64,000 bases of DNA, taken from positions 186,001-250,000 of the forward strand of contig MU058252.1 of the NCBI GenBank assembly GCA_013265495.1, given 5' to 3'. The notes beneath the pieces were generated by a model, which saw nothing but the letters and a program-made list of their open reading frames with translations, had not been told where the DNA came from and searched no databases. The position numbers were made by a program, and so were the translations under genes. Origin of the DNA: Vicugna vicugna (Eukaryota). Positions 1 through 12,471 of this stretch are shown piece after piece. How positions within the stretch are numbered: the stretch's first letter is position 1; the number at the start of each line of letters is the position of its first letter.

Positions 1-1014
1 GACTGGTGCCTCTGCGCACATACCGGGGGCAGCTTGAAGACAAAAATCCATGCCTCACTTTTCCTCTGTGTCTCTCATCGCAGGTCTGACGGTGTACATT
101 CAGTGGGTCCTCGTTGGTGCTTGTTGAGTGGCTGAGTGACGGACAGCCTAGGAAATGCAAACTCCTCGAATCCGCCTTTCTCCCACCCTGTCAAGTTTTT
201 GTCTCTTGGCCCTAATAATAATTTCGGCCATTCCCCAGCTACAACAGCACTAATGAGATGGCAAGAAAGCCTGAGTCTCACCCCCAAAAAGCAGCCCCAA
301 GCACCCAAAGTCTTGGTTCCTCCCCCTGGTGGTCCCTGCAGGCAACCCTCTCCCATCTCCTTCCCTTCTCGTCCCTGGCGCCCACTTTTCAGCATTCCTC
401 TCATTGCTCCTCCTTGCTCTAGGCATCACGCAAGCGTCCTCAAACACCATGTACACATTCAGGGCCACCAGCTTCACTGTCAGGCCACCCCCAGGCGGGG
501 TAAAGGGGAACAACTGGTGTCCCCACCCAAGTCATTGCCCCAGACCCAAGAGAGAGGGCCCCAAAATATGCATGGCTCAAGAATCCTCATGACCAAAAGG
601 AAAAAAAAAAAGAATCCTCATGACCAGCCTGACTGAGCCTCTGAAAACACAGGAGTCCCCAAGAAACCAAGTCCAGCTCGATAGTTTGGCCCAGCCAGCC
701 AGCCCAGGGACCAGAGCTTCTTGAGAACAACCACCCAGCACTCACGGGGCCCGAAGGTGGCAGCAACAGGACGAGGTCTCTAAAGCGGGAGGATCTCAGG
801 TGGAGCATGGCCAGCCACGAAATCCTGGGGCTCTGAGCTCTTCATTGAAACTGTGCTGGTGGCCTTTGCCTAATCCTCTGGGCTGCCGTGCTGACCAAGC
901 CCTCCACTGCTGCCATGTCCTTGAACCTTCTCTCTTGACATAAGCGCCTTCCAGAAGCTCACCTCCTCAGCTTCCATCCAAGCCAGCAGCTTGCCCTGCC
1001 GTGGACTGCTGTTC

Positions 1015-1158
1015 GCCAGGACCAGAAACACAATTTGTGAACCCCAAGTGAAAATGCCAGCCCTGGTTCAAAAACTAAGAATTTCAAGATGGTGACAACA
1101 GAAAGGTACACTGTGGGGTCATCTAGACAAAAGTCACACGCCCACGGGGCTGGCCCTG
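1015..1158 (+). mobile_element. MER45A-like hAT-Tip100 MITE remnant
   Basis: aatttgtg…gtgaaaatgc…gttcaaaaactaagaatttcaagatggtgacaacaga…gtcacacgcccacggggctggccctg resembles the MER45 consensus. Confidence 0.65.
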
Positions 1159-1864
1159 CTGCCCGCACCCACTGCCCACCTCAGCCACGTCCCCAGAGTG
1201 GCCGGCTGCTTCCTGGGCCCAGTAACAGCAGTCAGTACAGTATTACAGCAAGACAGCGCCTCCCAAAGGAACATGAATATTTATTAATTCAATATATTAG
1301 TTGCAGTAAATATATTATTTTGACCAAGTTTAGGCTTATTCAAAGAAGAGCAATTATGCACTTAACCCTAAGTTATCTCGGCAGTAAACGTTTTTAACTA
1401 AAAAGATATGATAAGTTAAACATTTTTATCAACAGTGTATTCTCCAAGGACTAATCCTAAACTCCTGGCCAGCTTACAGGCTATTTCTCAGAGCATATGT
1501 AGTAGTTGTCTCACTAATCTCTCCTCTTACATTTGTTCTGCTCTCCCAGTAAGGAGGGGATGTTTGAAATCCGTGTGATAATACCCCCCTGTGCAATAAC
1601 TGACTCGCCCTTCTAAACAGCACAGTTCCCTGTCCTGGGGCCATTCCAAGCTCCACATCCCATAATCTGGACTTTCTAATGGGTGAAACCAGGATAAATC
1701 TGATAAAAATGAAAACATACCAAGTGTAGATGTCTGAGCCAAGGATTTGGTTAAGAAGTTTAAAAGACCCTTACTAAACCCTCAGGCTTATTTGCTAGGG
1801 CATCCAAAACTGGGTTTGCAGAAGGCACAGCATCCCCGTCACACCTGAGAGATCCCACGTTACA

Positions 1865-2420
1865 GTTCCCACGGCTACGGTAAAATCCGCCCCAGTTCAG
1901 TGGCATAAAATAACAAGTATTGATTGTGCTCATGAATTCTGTGGAACCTGGATCCAGACAGGACACACTGGGGAGGCTTGTCTCTGTTCCATGATCTCTG
2001 AGGCCTCAAAAGGAAGGATCTCAGAAGCCCGGGGCAGGATCACCTGGAATCTTCTTCCCTTATCTGTCTGGCACTTGGGCTGGGACGTCTCAAAGCCCGT
2101 GCTCAGGGGGGACTATCAACAGGGCACTTATGTGTGGCCTCTCCACGTGGCCTGGGCTTTCTCGGAGTAGCAAAACCACATCCATGTGGCTTCAAGATGA
2201 CTGTTCTATACAACATTGTAAATCAATTAAAATGTTCAAAAGTTAAAAAAAAAAAAAAAGAGTGACTGTTCCAGCAAACAAGAAGATAGCTGCATACTTT
2301 TTATAACCCAGCTTCAAAAGTCATGTGACTTCACTTCTGCCACACTGTGTTGGTCAGTGCAGTCACCAACTCACCCAAACAGAAGGGGAGGAAAAACAGA
2401 CCCCACATCTCCACGGGAGG
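1865..2420 (-). mobile_element. MaLR (MLT1-type) LTR interrupted by a tiny L1 3' end
   Basis: cagtggcataaaataacaa…gctcatgaattctgtgg…cacttctgccacactgtgttggtc, typical of MLT1. Confidence 0.7.
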
Positions 2421-2449
2421 AGCATTTATTCGCGCATAATTTTTGTAAT

Positions 2450-5160
2450 CTTGAAAAATGCTCAATTATCAAAAGGGGGCAATCCTAATAAATGACAAAT
2501 TAGAATTCAAGACCAGGAGCTATCAAAAGGGAAAAAGAGATGTGTTATTCCTACACATGAAAGGAGACTGGAGGCACATCAACTAATCACAATGTAGAAC
2601 TCTCATTAGGATCGAAACTTGAGCAAAGAGAATCAAAATATTTCAGGAGACAATTGGGGGATTTGAGCTGTATATGCTCAAAAGAGGGGAGACACATCTT
2701 GATAAAACAAATATAGATGAAGGAGATAGAACTTAGTGCATCTAACAAGATTATCTCAAGTGCAAGAAGAAAAAAATACTTGGCACATAATTCTCAGAAA
2801 TTGATAGATCAAGCAGATGAAAAACAAGCAGAGATACAGATTATCTGAACAATACATTTAATAAGTTCAAACTTATATACAAACCTCTACCCTCAGCAAA
2901 GAATGCATATGTACACAAAGTACATAGAATATTCATTTTAAAGGACCAAATATTTATTACAAAAGAAGTGTCAAATTTCAAGGAACTGACAGCATACAGA
3001 CCATATTCTGAGACCATGAAGGACATAAAAAAGAACTGAATAAGTAAAAAGATAACCCATGCTCTTTAACAGGATGGCTTAACATTATCAAGGTATCAAT
3101 TCCCCTCAAAAGGTTTTCCTAATTCCAGTTCCAATCAAAATCCTAACTAGAACTTCTAAGGGATGTAATAAACTCATATGTCTTAGAGAACGAAAAACCA
3201 TGAAGGTTCACAATGGTGAAATCAACTGGTATTAAGATGGGCAAAGGGAGAGCAGTCCTATCAAAGTGTACTGCAAAGCCACAGACATTTTTAAAAGTCA
3301 CGGTATTGGCTCAAAAACAGACTAACAGACCAAAGGAACCAGAAAGAGGGCTCAGAGACTGACCCATGAACTACAAATAAACAGGAAAAAGATGGGCTGT
3401 TTAATAGATCATAAGGGAAAAGCTCCCCAGAGGATGGAGAAAAATAAAACTGTATCCTTACCTTATACAGTACACAATGGGCTTCAGACAGAGTAAGGAC
3501 CTATACTATATGCAAAAAGTGAAACTACAAATATAGAAGAATATTTTGTGACCTAAAGGTGAAAGGTTTCCTGAAAAGCATAAACCACAAGCTCAAAAAT
3601 TATGGATTTAGTTTCATCAAATTATGAGCTTCTATCAAACAAAGGAAACCATGGTTGGCAGAGAGAAGAAATTGGCAACATTTAAAATTGACAAGGGATT
3701 AGTGATTAGGATACATGAGGAACATCTGCAAATCTGGAAGAAAAAGCCAGGAACCCGTTACAGAAATGGGCAAAGTGTATAAGCAAGTGATTCATGGGAA
3801 ACTCAGATTGATAACAAATATATCAAGGAAATTAACCACATACAGGTAACTGGACAATTAAGTCAATATTCTAAGGATAATGGGCAACAGGGTTCTCACT
3901 GATGGAGAGGGTGAAAGTGGAAGGAGTTCGGTGGCACTGAGCTGGAACTGGAGCTATGTGAACCAGGGAGACACATACATATGAAGATTTGTCTGTGTAC
4001 CTCCTGCTGTTCCCACCGACAGCGCCTGGGAGCAGAAACACTCCGGTAACCATGAGTACAGTTTGCATCCAGATCCTGGTTTCCAAATAACACTGTCCGC
4101 TAAAAGGAACCGGGACTTCTTGAAGGAATGGCTATTTGCAGGAAGGGACAAGATGAGCCTAGAACACAGCGATAGGACATGTCGAAAGGACACAGAACAC
4201 AGCTTCAAGGGGCTTCTAATATCCAAACCTGGGACAACTTGAGCACCCAAGTAAATACAGTGATGGATTACAAGCTATGGAATAAAATAGGAGTCCCTGA
4301 GTCCACACTGACATAAAAAAGTAAATACATAACTAGAAGAAAAAGGTCATTCTTCCCATAGGAAGTTAAAACAAAAGAGGTATGTTCAAAATTAGGAAAT
4401 TTTGTTTAAATTTTATTTAAATTTATTTAAATTTTACTTCAATTTTTTAATATATTTAAAATAATACAGAGAGAGAGAAAGATGGATACAACTAAACATT
4501 CGCTTACCATATGACCAGCAATCACACTTTTGGGCATTTATCCCAGAGAAATGGAAACTTATGTTCAACAGAAGTCTGTGCAACTAATGTTCATGGCAGT
4601 TTTATTCATAATGGCAGACTGGAAACAACCGAAAGCCCCTCAGTGGATAAACAGTTGAACAAAACCCAGTGCACTAGAACACCAGGCAGCGGGAAAGAGA
4701 AAGGAACCGCTGATCCGCACAAGGACCTGGATGGACCTCAGGAAGCATTACGCTCAGTGGGAGAAAAAAAAAAGCCAATCACAAAATGTTACACCCAGTA
4801 TGATTTCATCCAGGTAGCATTCTCAAAACCACCAAGAGAGAAAGATAACTGTTTCCAAGGGTGGAAGGGGTGCAGAAAAAGAGGTATCCGGGGAGAGTTC
4901 TTTTGTGGTGATGGAGCGATTCTGTATCTTGATTGTGGTGGTGGTTACACAAATCTACACCTGAGATAAATATGATGAAGATGGAATAACTTCTGCAGGC
5001 TAGTTAACAGTAATGTTCCAATGATTTTGCTCCTGTGCTGCAGCCATATGAGATGTCACCACTGGGGAGGTCGGGGAGCAGGGCGCACGGACTCTTACCG
5101 GACTGTTGCTGCCATCCCTTGTGAGTTTACAATTATTTCAGAATATACTGCTTTTTTAAA
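2450..5160 (+). mobile_element. Patchwork of old L1 (L1M) ORF2 and 3' UTR fragments
   Basis: A-rich degenerate ORF2 pieces (ccaatcaaaatccta…, catatgaccagcaatcacacttttgggcatttatcccagagaaatg) and L1MC/MD-like 3' sequence. Confidence 0.75.
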
Positions 5161-5249
5161 AATACAGGTACAAATCCTCGAGCAAAGGGTAGTAAACCTT
5201 TTCTTACTTCTTTGGGTTTCTTAAGCCTTATCTGTATATTTTTGAAAAG

Positions 5250-5645
5250 GATACTGAACTCAGAGAACCAGAACAGATCAGTGATTGCCAGAGGTGAGGG
5301 TGTGGGAGGAGACAAATAGGTGAAGGGGGTCAAAAGGAAAGAGCTTCCAGGTATAAGATTAATAAGTTCTGGGGATGTGATGCATGGCACGGTGACTATA
5401 GTTAATGATACCATATGATACACTTGAAAGTTGCTAGGAGGGTAAATCTTAAAAGCTTTCATCCCAAGAAGAAAAAAATGTAACTCTATGAGGTGATGGA
5501 TGTTAACTGAGTTTGTTCCGGTGATCATTTTGCTGTACCTACATGTGTCAAATCATTGTGCTTGTACACCTAAAACAAATGCACTGTTACATGTCAACTA
5601 CATCTCAATAAAGCTGGTGAAGACATTAAAATTAAAAAAATAAAG
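5250..5645 (+). mobile_element. L1MA-type 3' end
   Basis: gtgattgccagaggtgagg…gttctggggatgtgatgcatggcacggtgactatagttaat…ctcaataaagctgg with an A-rich tail. Confidence 0.8.
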
Positions 5646-5959
5646 GAATATGGCATTTCACCAAGTCTCAACTTCCCAAATTCAAGAACAAAATCATAAG
5701 AACGAAACATTGCATCTAAGCAATTCAGCAATTACTATCTTACTAAAAATAACACAGACCCTGCCCAAGGGAAGAAGAGAAAAGCATTCTTTTGAAATCT
5801 GCGGCACTGGATGTTTTATAAGAATACATACGAAATCAAGGGTATATGTCAAATTTAAAAAGAAAGGGGGCTCAGGCTGTCCCTGCGCTTCTTTCCCTCA
5901 CCCTCCTCACGCCCTCCTTTCGCCAGGGCTTTCCAGGCACTGAAGACCAGTTTTTTCTG

Positions 5960-6130
5960 CTCCCCTTTGTTGCTTCTTGGGAGAGAAAGCGCGGGGCTGT
6001 CCTGGCGCCTCCGCCAGCTGGGCGCTAGGTGGCGCCGCTGCGCGCCTGCGACCCCATCTCTTGCCCCCGCCGCGCCCCAGGTCCCCCTGAACCGAGCCCC
6101 CTCCGCCGTCCTGCTGTTTGCACCATTGGG
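5960..6130. promoter_or_regulatory. Small orphan CpG-rich patch with CTCF-like motif at 6022-6035 (+)
   Basis: Dense CpG (gcgcgggg, ggcgcc, gcgcgcc); GCGCTAGGTGGCGC. Confidence 0.5.
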
Positions 6131-6456
6131 TCCAAATTCAGGGTCCAGACAGCTGCACCTGGGGAGGACTGGGAGGGACGGAAGGCTACAGGCAGACTGG
6201 CCACATGCCTGCCTTCCTGCGGGGAGTGTCTTCAAAGCCCAGCATTCACGAGTTTTATTCTGTGTGCTTCCCTCCCTAGCATCTTCCTGCCCTCTCCTTA
6301 GGGGTTAATTTCTCCTTCTCCAGGACTTCTAAGGATGTGCCTTCAGCTTCTGTTCCCAAACCTCCTGGGTTGTTTCAGGCCCCCTGGTGGTTAGATTCTG
6401 AATCGGAAGAGCAAGAGGCAGGTTTGCAAAAAAGAGCACTGCCAAAAAGTACCACA

Positions 6457-6530
6457 CTTTTTTTTTTTAATGGAGATACCGGGGATTGAAACCAGGACGC
6501 TGACTCTACCACTGAGTCATTCCCCACCCC
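6457..6530 (-). mobile_element. Camelid tRNA-derived SINE (Vic-1-like), internally deleted
   Basis: Poly(T) followed by aatggagataccggggattgaaaccagg…ctctaccactgag. Confidence 0.75.
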
Positions 6531-7449
6531 CGTATACTCCTCTTATTTTCAAGGAAAGAAGTACCAATTTGTTGAATCAGTGAGTCATTTTCATTCTGTC
6601 AAATAGAATTTTGGTCTTCTCTTGTCTGTAGTTGAAGTAACAGAACCATCTCCAACTACTTCTCAATTGTGTAGTCATGAAGGGAGAATGTACTGTCAGC
6701 ATGCAGGGCTGTCTCTACGTAATTGGCCACAGTAAAGAGGATGTGGATGGTGGGAAGTTTGGGCTGACAATGAACGCATTCTGAAATCTTGGTACCACGT
6801 GCACATTACCCATTTCGCTGATCCAGAGAGAATAACCAGGGGCAGATGGGGATCACAGAAGTGGCTTTAAGACGTGACAGGCTCAACTCTTCGATAGCCA
6901 TCCAGGAGAAGCAGCCACGCTCCTAGCCAACCAGACTTGGCCGTTAAGCTCGTAGGTTATCAAGGGACAAGACACATGGAGAATGCCAGTTAGAGGAGAA
7001 GCCGGCTTCCTCCCAGACCCCCACCTTCCCAACTTTCTACTCTGTTTTCAAGGAGGAGACGCGGGGGGAAAGTAATCAGTCCGCGGTGTCATTGGTCCCC
7101 CTCCCTCCCCACCATGACTTTGGATGGAGAGCTAGTGCCATTCCCACCTGCAGCTGACCCAGCCCCTCCCATCCCTGTTCTTCCTGGTCGCCCATCAACT
7201 GCAGGAGCGAACAGGCGCCACCACTCCTCCCCCCCCGCACCCGCGTCGCTGGTGGGGACCCCGAGACCATCCGGCTTTAGAGGACGCTCACAGGACAGCC
7301 CTCCACTCCTCGCCGTAGTCTCCCCTAAAGGCGCTGGGGCCACCCCCAGTTAACAAAGAGTGTGACCTTGCATGCCTTCGCTGTTGCTCCTTGTTGCCTA
7401 CACCTTACCCCAGGAGTCCGGTGGGGCAGGATTATTCTGGGTTCCGGGG

Positions 7450-8060
7450 TGTCCAAGGGATGTTAATTAAGCAAACGAAGTTTTGCACTGTGCCTAATAT
7501 TCCAGAAACCTGTCTGAATAGCTTTTGTTTTTACAGCAGTAAGAAGGTAAATCTTAAACCTTTCATCTTAACACCATGAAGACAAGCTTGTTACAGGATT
7601 TGGACAAAGCACTTTTATAACAACTGATACAATATTTAAAACATCAACCATTTTTATCCTTGCCATTGTTTTTTTTATTTCTTGAGATTATCTGAATACT
7701 GTTTCAAAGCTTTGAAACTACTGAAAGACAAAAGACTATGAATGTCTATAAAAGGGAAAGGAAAACAGCAAATCTTTCAGCATGAGGGGGAAAAAATCTT
7801 AAACAGAAAGCGTTACTGGTTTAGTGGAAAATAACTGCTTGTAAAGAGAGTCAGGAAATGTATTTGCTTTGAATTTTTTTACTTTTAACCTTCAGTCTTA
7901 CTGAAGAAGCGGTTACTGTGCTTAAAAAGCTTTTTTTAACTTCTAATCGTATTTTCCTTGAGTTAAGAAGAGTGTCTTCTGCATTAGCTAGTATATTTAT
8001 TAATAGCATCCCACATCTGAACATCACTTCTGACACCTGGCATATTCTACAATTAACCTA
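7450..8060 (+). mobile_element. Probable ancient hAT-Charlie transposase remnant
   Basis: AT-rich; the degenerate translation LTEEAVTVLKKLFLTS…SSALASI…LNITSD loosely resembles a hAT C-terminal dimerisation region (by eye only). Confidence 0.35.
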
Positions 8061-8091
8061 TAAGTTAACAAAACAAAACAAAAGCCACAGA

Positions 8092-8308
8092 AAAAAGAAG
8101 GAAGGAAGGAAGGAAGGAAGGAGGGAAGGAAGGGGGAAGGGAGGGAGGAAGGAAGGAAGGAAGGAAGGAAGGAAGGAAGGAAGGAAGGAAGGAGGGAAAA
8201 TGAAAGGGAAGGAAAGAAGAGAGGAGGGAAGGGAGGGAAGGAAGAAAGGAAAAAAAGAAAGGGAAGAGAAGGAAGGAAGCGAGGGAAGGGAGGGAAGGAA
8301 GAAGGAAG
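8092..8308 (+). repeat. (GGAA)n-type polypurine microsatellite
   Basis: ~215 nt almost purely G/A. Confidence 0.97.
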
Positions 8309-8309
8309 A

Positions 8310-9620
8310 CAGCTGACATTATTTAGAACAAAATGTGGGGAAAGTTCTAGCATAAAGGTGCTCTTGAAAACAACAGAGATTTTGGTGGTAAACAGTAAAG
8401 AGAACACTGGTAGCTTCTTAAGAGCAATGAGCTAAACTGCAGGTCAGCTAGTTCGTCGGAGAAAACCAAAAACTAAGGCAGCTAAGAAGACTCCTCTGGA
8501 AGTTAGAACAAGCCTCAAAGACTGGCCTCAAAACCCACTCCTGGAAAGAGGCCCAAATTTAACTAGATCAGACTGCGGGCCACTGTATACACCCAGGCGT
8601 GGTTGAAAACAGCAGAGCAGTCAGCCAGTACTTAGTGGAGCCTACCAGCTGGGTGTGATGCCAACAGAGGCAGATGATTTAACAGAGAGGTCAGGGAAAG
8701 AGAAAATCAAACCTCTGTCATCCCAGGGCAAGTGTGCACAGGCTGAGTCTGCGCCCTCTGAGGGGCTGCATCGGAAGCTTCACACTACAGGGAAATCCAC
8801 TCCGCAGAAATAGTCCAGCAAAGTCACAAAAGCAACAAACCAGCAACAACATGAAGCCCCCCGGTTGGGGGTAGGGGGTGGGGGGTCAGTATCCAGTACC
8901 GGTACAAGTCTGTCTGAATTGCCTTATCAATCTAAAGAAAAAGTAGATACATTTGACTTCACTACTATTAAAAACTTTTGTTCTTCAAAGGACGTTATCA
9001 AGAAGAGGACAACCTACAGAATGGAAGCAAATGTTTACAAATCATATACCTGATAAGGGTCTAGTGCCCAGAATCTATATGCACACATACATGCATATGC
9101 AATTACAACTCCATAATAAAAAGACAGCTCAGTTAAAACTTGGCAAACCATTGAAGAGACATTTCTCCAGAGAAGATGTCAGCTGGCCCATGCACCTATG
9201 AAAAGATGCTCAGTATTATTAGTCATTAGATGAACACAACTCAAGACCACAGAGATACAGCGTCACATTCACTAGGATGCCACGATCAAAAAGACAGGCA
9301 GTAACACGACGGTGAGCACAGAGAGAAATGGGAACCATCACACATTGCCTGTGGGAATGTAGAATGGTGCAGCCTTCTTATTTTTTCTGTGGATTAGTGA
9401 TTGCCTAGGGCCTGACAGTGCTGGCGAGAAATTGGGAATGATTGCTAGTGGGTGTAGGGTTTCTTTGGGGAGATGATACAAATGTTCCAAAATTCAGCGT
9501 GGTAATGGTTGCACAGCTCAGTGAATACATTAAAAACCCATTGAATTGTACACTTTACATGGGTGGATTGTATTGTATGTGCATTATATTTTAATAAAGC
9601 TGTTATATTAAAAAAAAAAG
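8310..9620 (+). mobile_element. Old L1 fragments (5' region plus ORF2/3' end)
   Basis: tttacaaatcatatacctgataagggtctagtgcccagaat…gggaatgtagaatggtgcagcc…ttaataaagctgtt with an A tail. Confidence 0.75.
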
Positions 9621-12457
9621 GAAGGAAGGAAGAGAGGCAGGAGGAAGGGGAGAAGGAAGGAAGGATGGGGTCTTTTTGTTCTTCATCACTCTCACCCCCT
9701 CCTACAGGATTTAGAATGAGGCGTCATCTGTGCCCCAGGCCACGGAGACCTCCGCTTCCACGCTGGAACGCCTGGCTGCGATCCACGAGCAAGCCATGTC
9801 AACGAGAGGGAAGAAGCGTCAGCATAAGAACTAAACCCAAGCGCCCTGGCTGCCGGCCACCCAGCCGAGCATCCGTGGCTCAGCAGGGGCTCTGGACTGG
9901 CGGGTCAGGTCCCTGCCGGAACAACTCATAGCCAGGAAGTAATTGAACAGATTTCGACTCAACTGTAAGCCTGAGCAGACGTCTGAATCCTCACTGTCAG
10001 CGTAGCTGATTAAAAAGGATGAGAAAAAGGCAACAGATTACTGAATGGGACTTCTTCTGTGTCCACAAAGCTTCTGTAAAGCCCAAAGCTGAAAGCAGAG
10101 TACCCCCATGTATTGTAGGACCTAAAATTTCACGTACCGCCTTGACATCCTTGGGCATCACAGGGCCCCAGAGGGCCAACCAGGAGTGTCCTGCTGTCCC
10201 CAGGGCGCCGCGCAGCCAGCCGGAGAGGCTCTCCCTACAGCTCTTCGCACTGCATCTGGTCCTCAGCCCAGCAAGGCTCGCTTACCTGCCGCCTGCCCTC
10301 CGGAGCCTGGGGACGGCAGGAACGGCCCACATCAGCAGGGCCAGGGTACCGCAACCCCACTCGACCCCTGCCGGACCCCCGGGAGCCTGCACAGGAGAGG
10401 AGGGGAGGAGGGAAAGGCAGACCCGGTCCATCTCTGGGTCAGGACCCGTGGGTCTGGGGTCAGGCAAAACTGGGAGAAAAAACTTTAGATTGGATGTTAG
10501 ACGAAAGTGTTAAATTAACTTGTCAGTGGTGTTTAACACCCAAACGTAATAGAAAAGCCGCGGTGCAGTCTGCTGCCGGTGTCACCAAGGCCAGGACGGA
10601 AGGCGCAGCAGAACTGGCTGTGGGGAAGCAAACAGGCACTCAGCACAGAGCCCATGGCGCCGGGCGGGCGACCAAGGCGCTGAGAAACAAACAGCGCAGG
10701 CGTTCTACAGACAGCAGTTACCGAGACGCGGCCAGCCCAGGAGCAGGGGCCAGAGGGAGGAAGCGGGGACCCCAGACTCAGGGACCAGGCTCACCCCCAG
10801 AAGCTGGACCCCCAGGGGTCTCTCTCTCCGCAGGCTGTGGGGAAGACCTACCCCAGTCCCCTAGCAGGGCTGCCAGTGTTGGAGACACAGCTTCAGGGCC
10901 TGTCCCTAAAGAGAAGGACAGAGGAGAGGAGGGTGGGGAGGGTCCCAGGACCGGCACAGCAGGGGCAAAGGTAGCGGACAGAGGCCCCCACTTCCACTTC
11001 ACGCCCCGTCAAGCTCAGACCGTTCAGTAAATTGACTTATGCCGCGTGGACTCACGGGAAACAGGACCAACAGGGCTCAGACGGGAACACCAGGGTGCCC
11101 CATCTGTGGGACTAATCTCCTGGAGGAGGACCCCTGGCCACCCGCTTTAGGGTGGGCAGATTGCTTGGCCTGGGTCATGGGTGTATCCTGTGATTTGCAC
11201 CCCACGAGGCCAGACTGGCAACTCACAGACCCCAGAATATAGAGGCAGCGGCAGGGCCAGTCTTGGGGCTGCCCGGGACATCTGTGTGTGTGTTTGTGGG
11301 GGAGGATGCACCCAAGAGGGAGACCTTTGTTATTCACACCTATCCCCTCGGATCCATACCTGCCCGAGGCTTGGACCCCAGGATGGGGGGTTGGTCCTCT
11401 GCCTCTCCCCTCAGGACAGGGCCAGAGTCCCAGCTCGGCTGGAGGAAATGCTGGCCGGCTCCCCCTTGCTAGGCTCAGCAAAGCTGCCAGTGGGGCAGCA
11501 GCAGGAGAAGCAGGAGGCTGAGCTCTAAGTGGGAAGAGACTCTCCGCCCCACCCAGAACCTTCTTTGCAGAGAACCCCAAAGATCCTGCCAAGAGAAGTG
11601 AGAGGAGAGGACAGGACACCGGGGTTTGCCTCCTCCCTCCGGCCCCAGCACATTTCCTCCCCATGTAAAACGGATCGTTGTTTTGTTTGTGGCTCCTGCA
11701 CTACCAGGTGGAGATGCAAATGCGGAGACTGGAGGGAGGACTAGATAGTTTTACATAATGCAGAGGAAGCCAGAAAACGTAGGGAAACTAGAGCCCTTTC
11801 AGGGGTGGAGGGCAAATTAAAGCAACCCCGGGACAAGGAGAACTTCCGGAAGGAGGGGTGGGGGAGGGGCGGTGTCGTGACCTCCTGGCCTGCACGTGGG
11901 AACCCTTGTCTCAGAGCAGAGCCAACAGGTGCTAGGGCTGCTTTCTGAATTTTCTCATTTTTGTCATTTTAAGCATAAAAAGATAAAGAATTATGAAGTG
12001 GAGCCTTCCCAGTTACCTGGGTTCTGATCCCGAGGAGAGGAGGCGGGCGCCTGATTACGCCGCCCGTGGCCACACTGGGTGTAAACTTGTGTGCCCAGGG
12101 GCCAGGGGTCTTTCCACCAAGTCTCTGGAATTTCTAAGCCTCCAAGACATTCTTGCAACCTGAACTCTACTTTCAACACGGTTGACCATTTGGGTTTGCA
12201 CCGGCGATCAGCAGACGGAAGCAGTAAGTTCGCCCACATCAGCCCACCTTGCCCGCAGCTCCAACCACCATTTGTTCGCGGCAGCTGCCAGGTTAGGCTC
12301 CCTTGGTGTTCATTTCCTGCTCCGTGAGGCAGTGAATCATCTCCCTCCTGCCTCTCCTCCTCTAACTAGTGCTCTGAGACCAGAGTCTGCAGAATGAGAG
12401 GTCACATGGAATCCTTAATTTAGTACAGAAGTTGTCAGCCCCGGGGGCGGGGAGTGC

Positions 12458-12471
12458 CCAGCAGGGGGAGC
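12458..12471 (+). promoter_or_regulatory. CTCF motif
   Basis: CCAGCAGGGGGAGC. Confidence 0.6.

Noticed and set aside
1..1000. Possible AOC1 exons, expected from human synteny
   Set aside because: No copper amine oxidase-like translation seen in this window.
7918..8407. ORFs rich in EGRK or PSFL repeats
   Set aside because: They are translations of the (GGAA)n microsatellite.
9700..12400. Many 100-195 aa ORFs in GC-rich DNA
   Set aside because: Overlapping on both strands, P/G/R/A/S-biased, no recognisable domains; expected from GC content.
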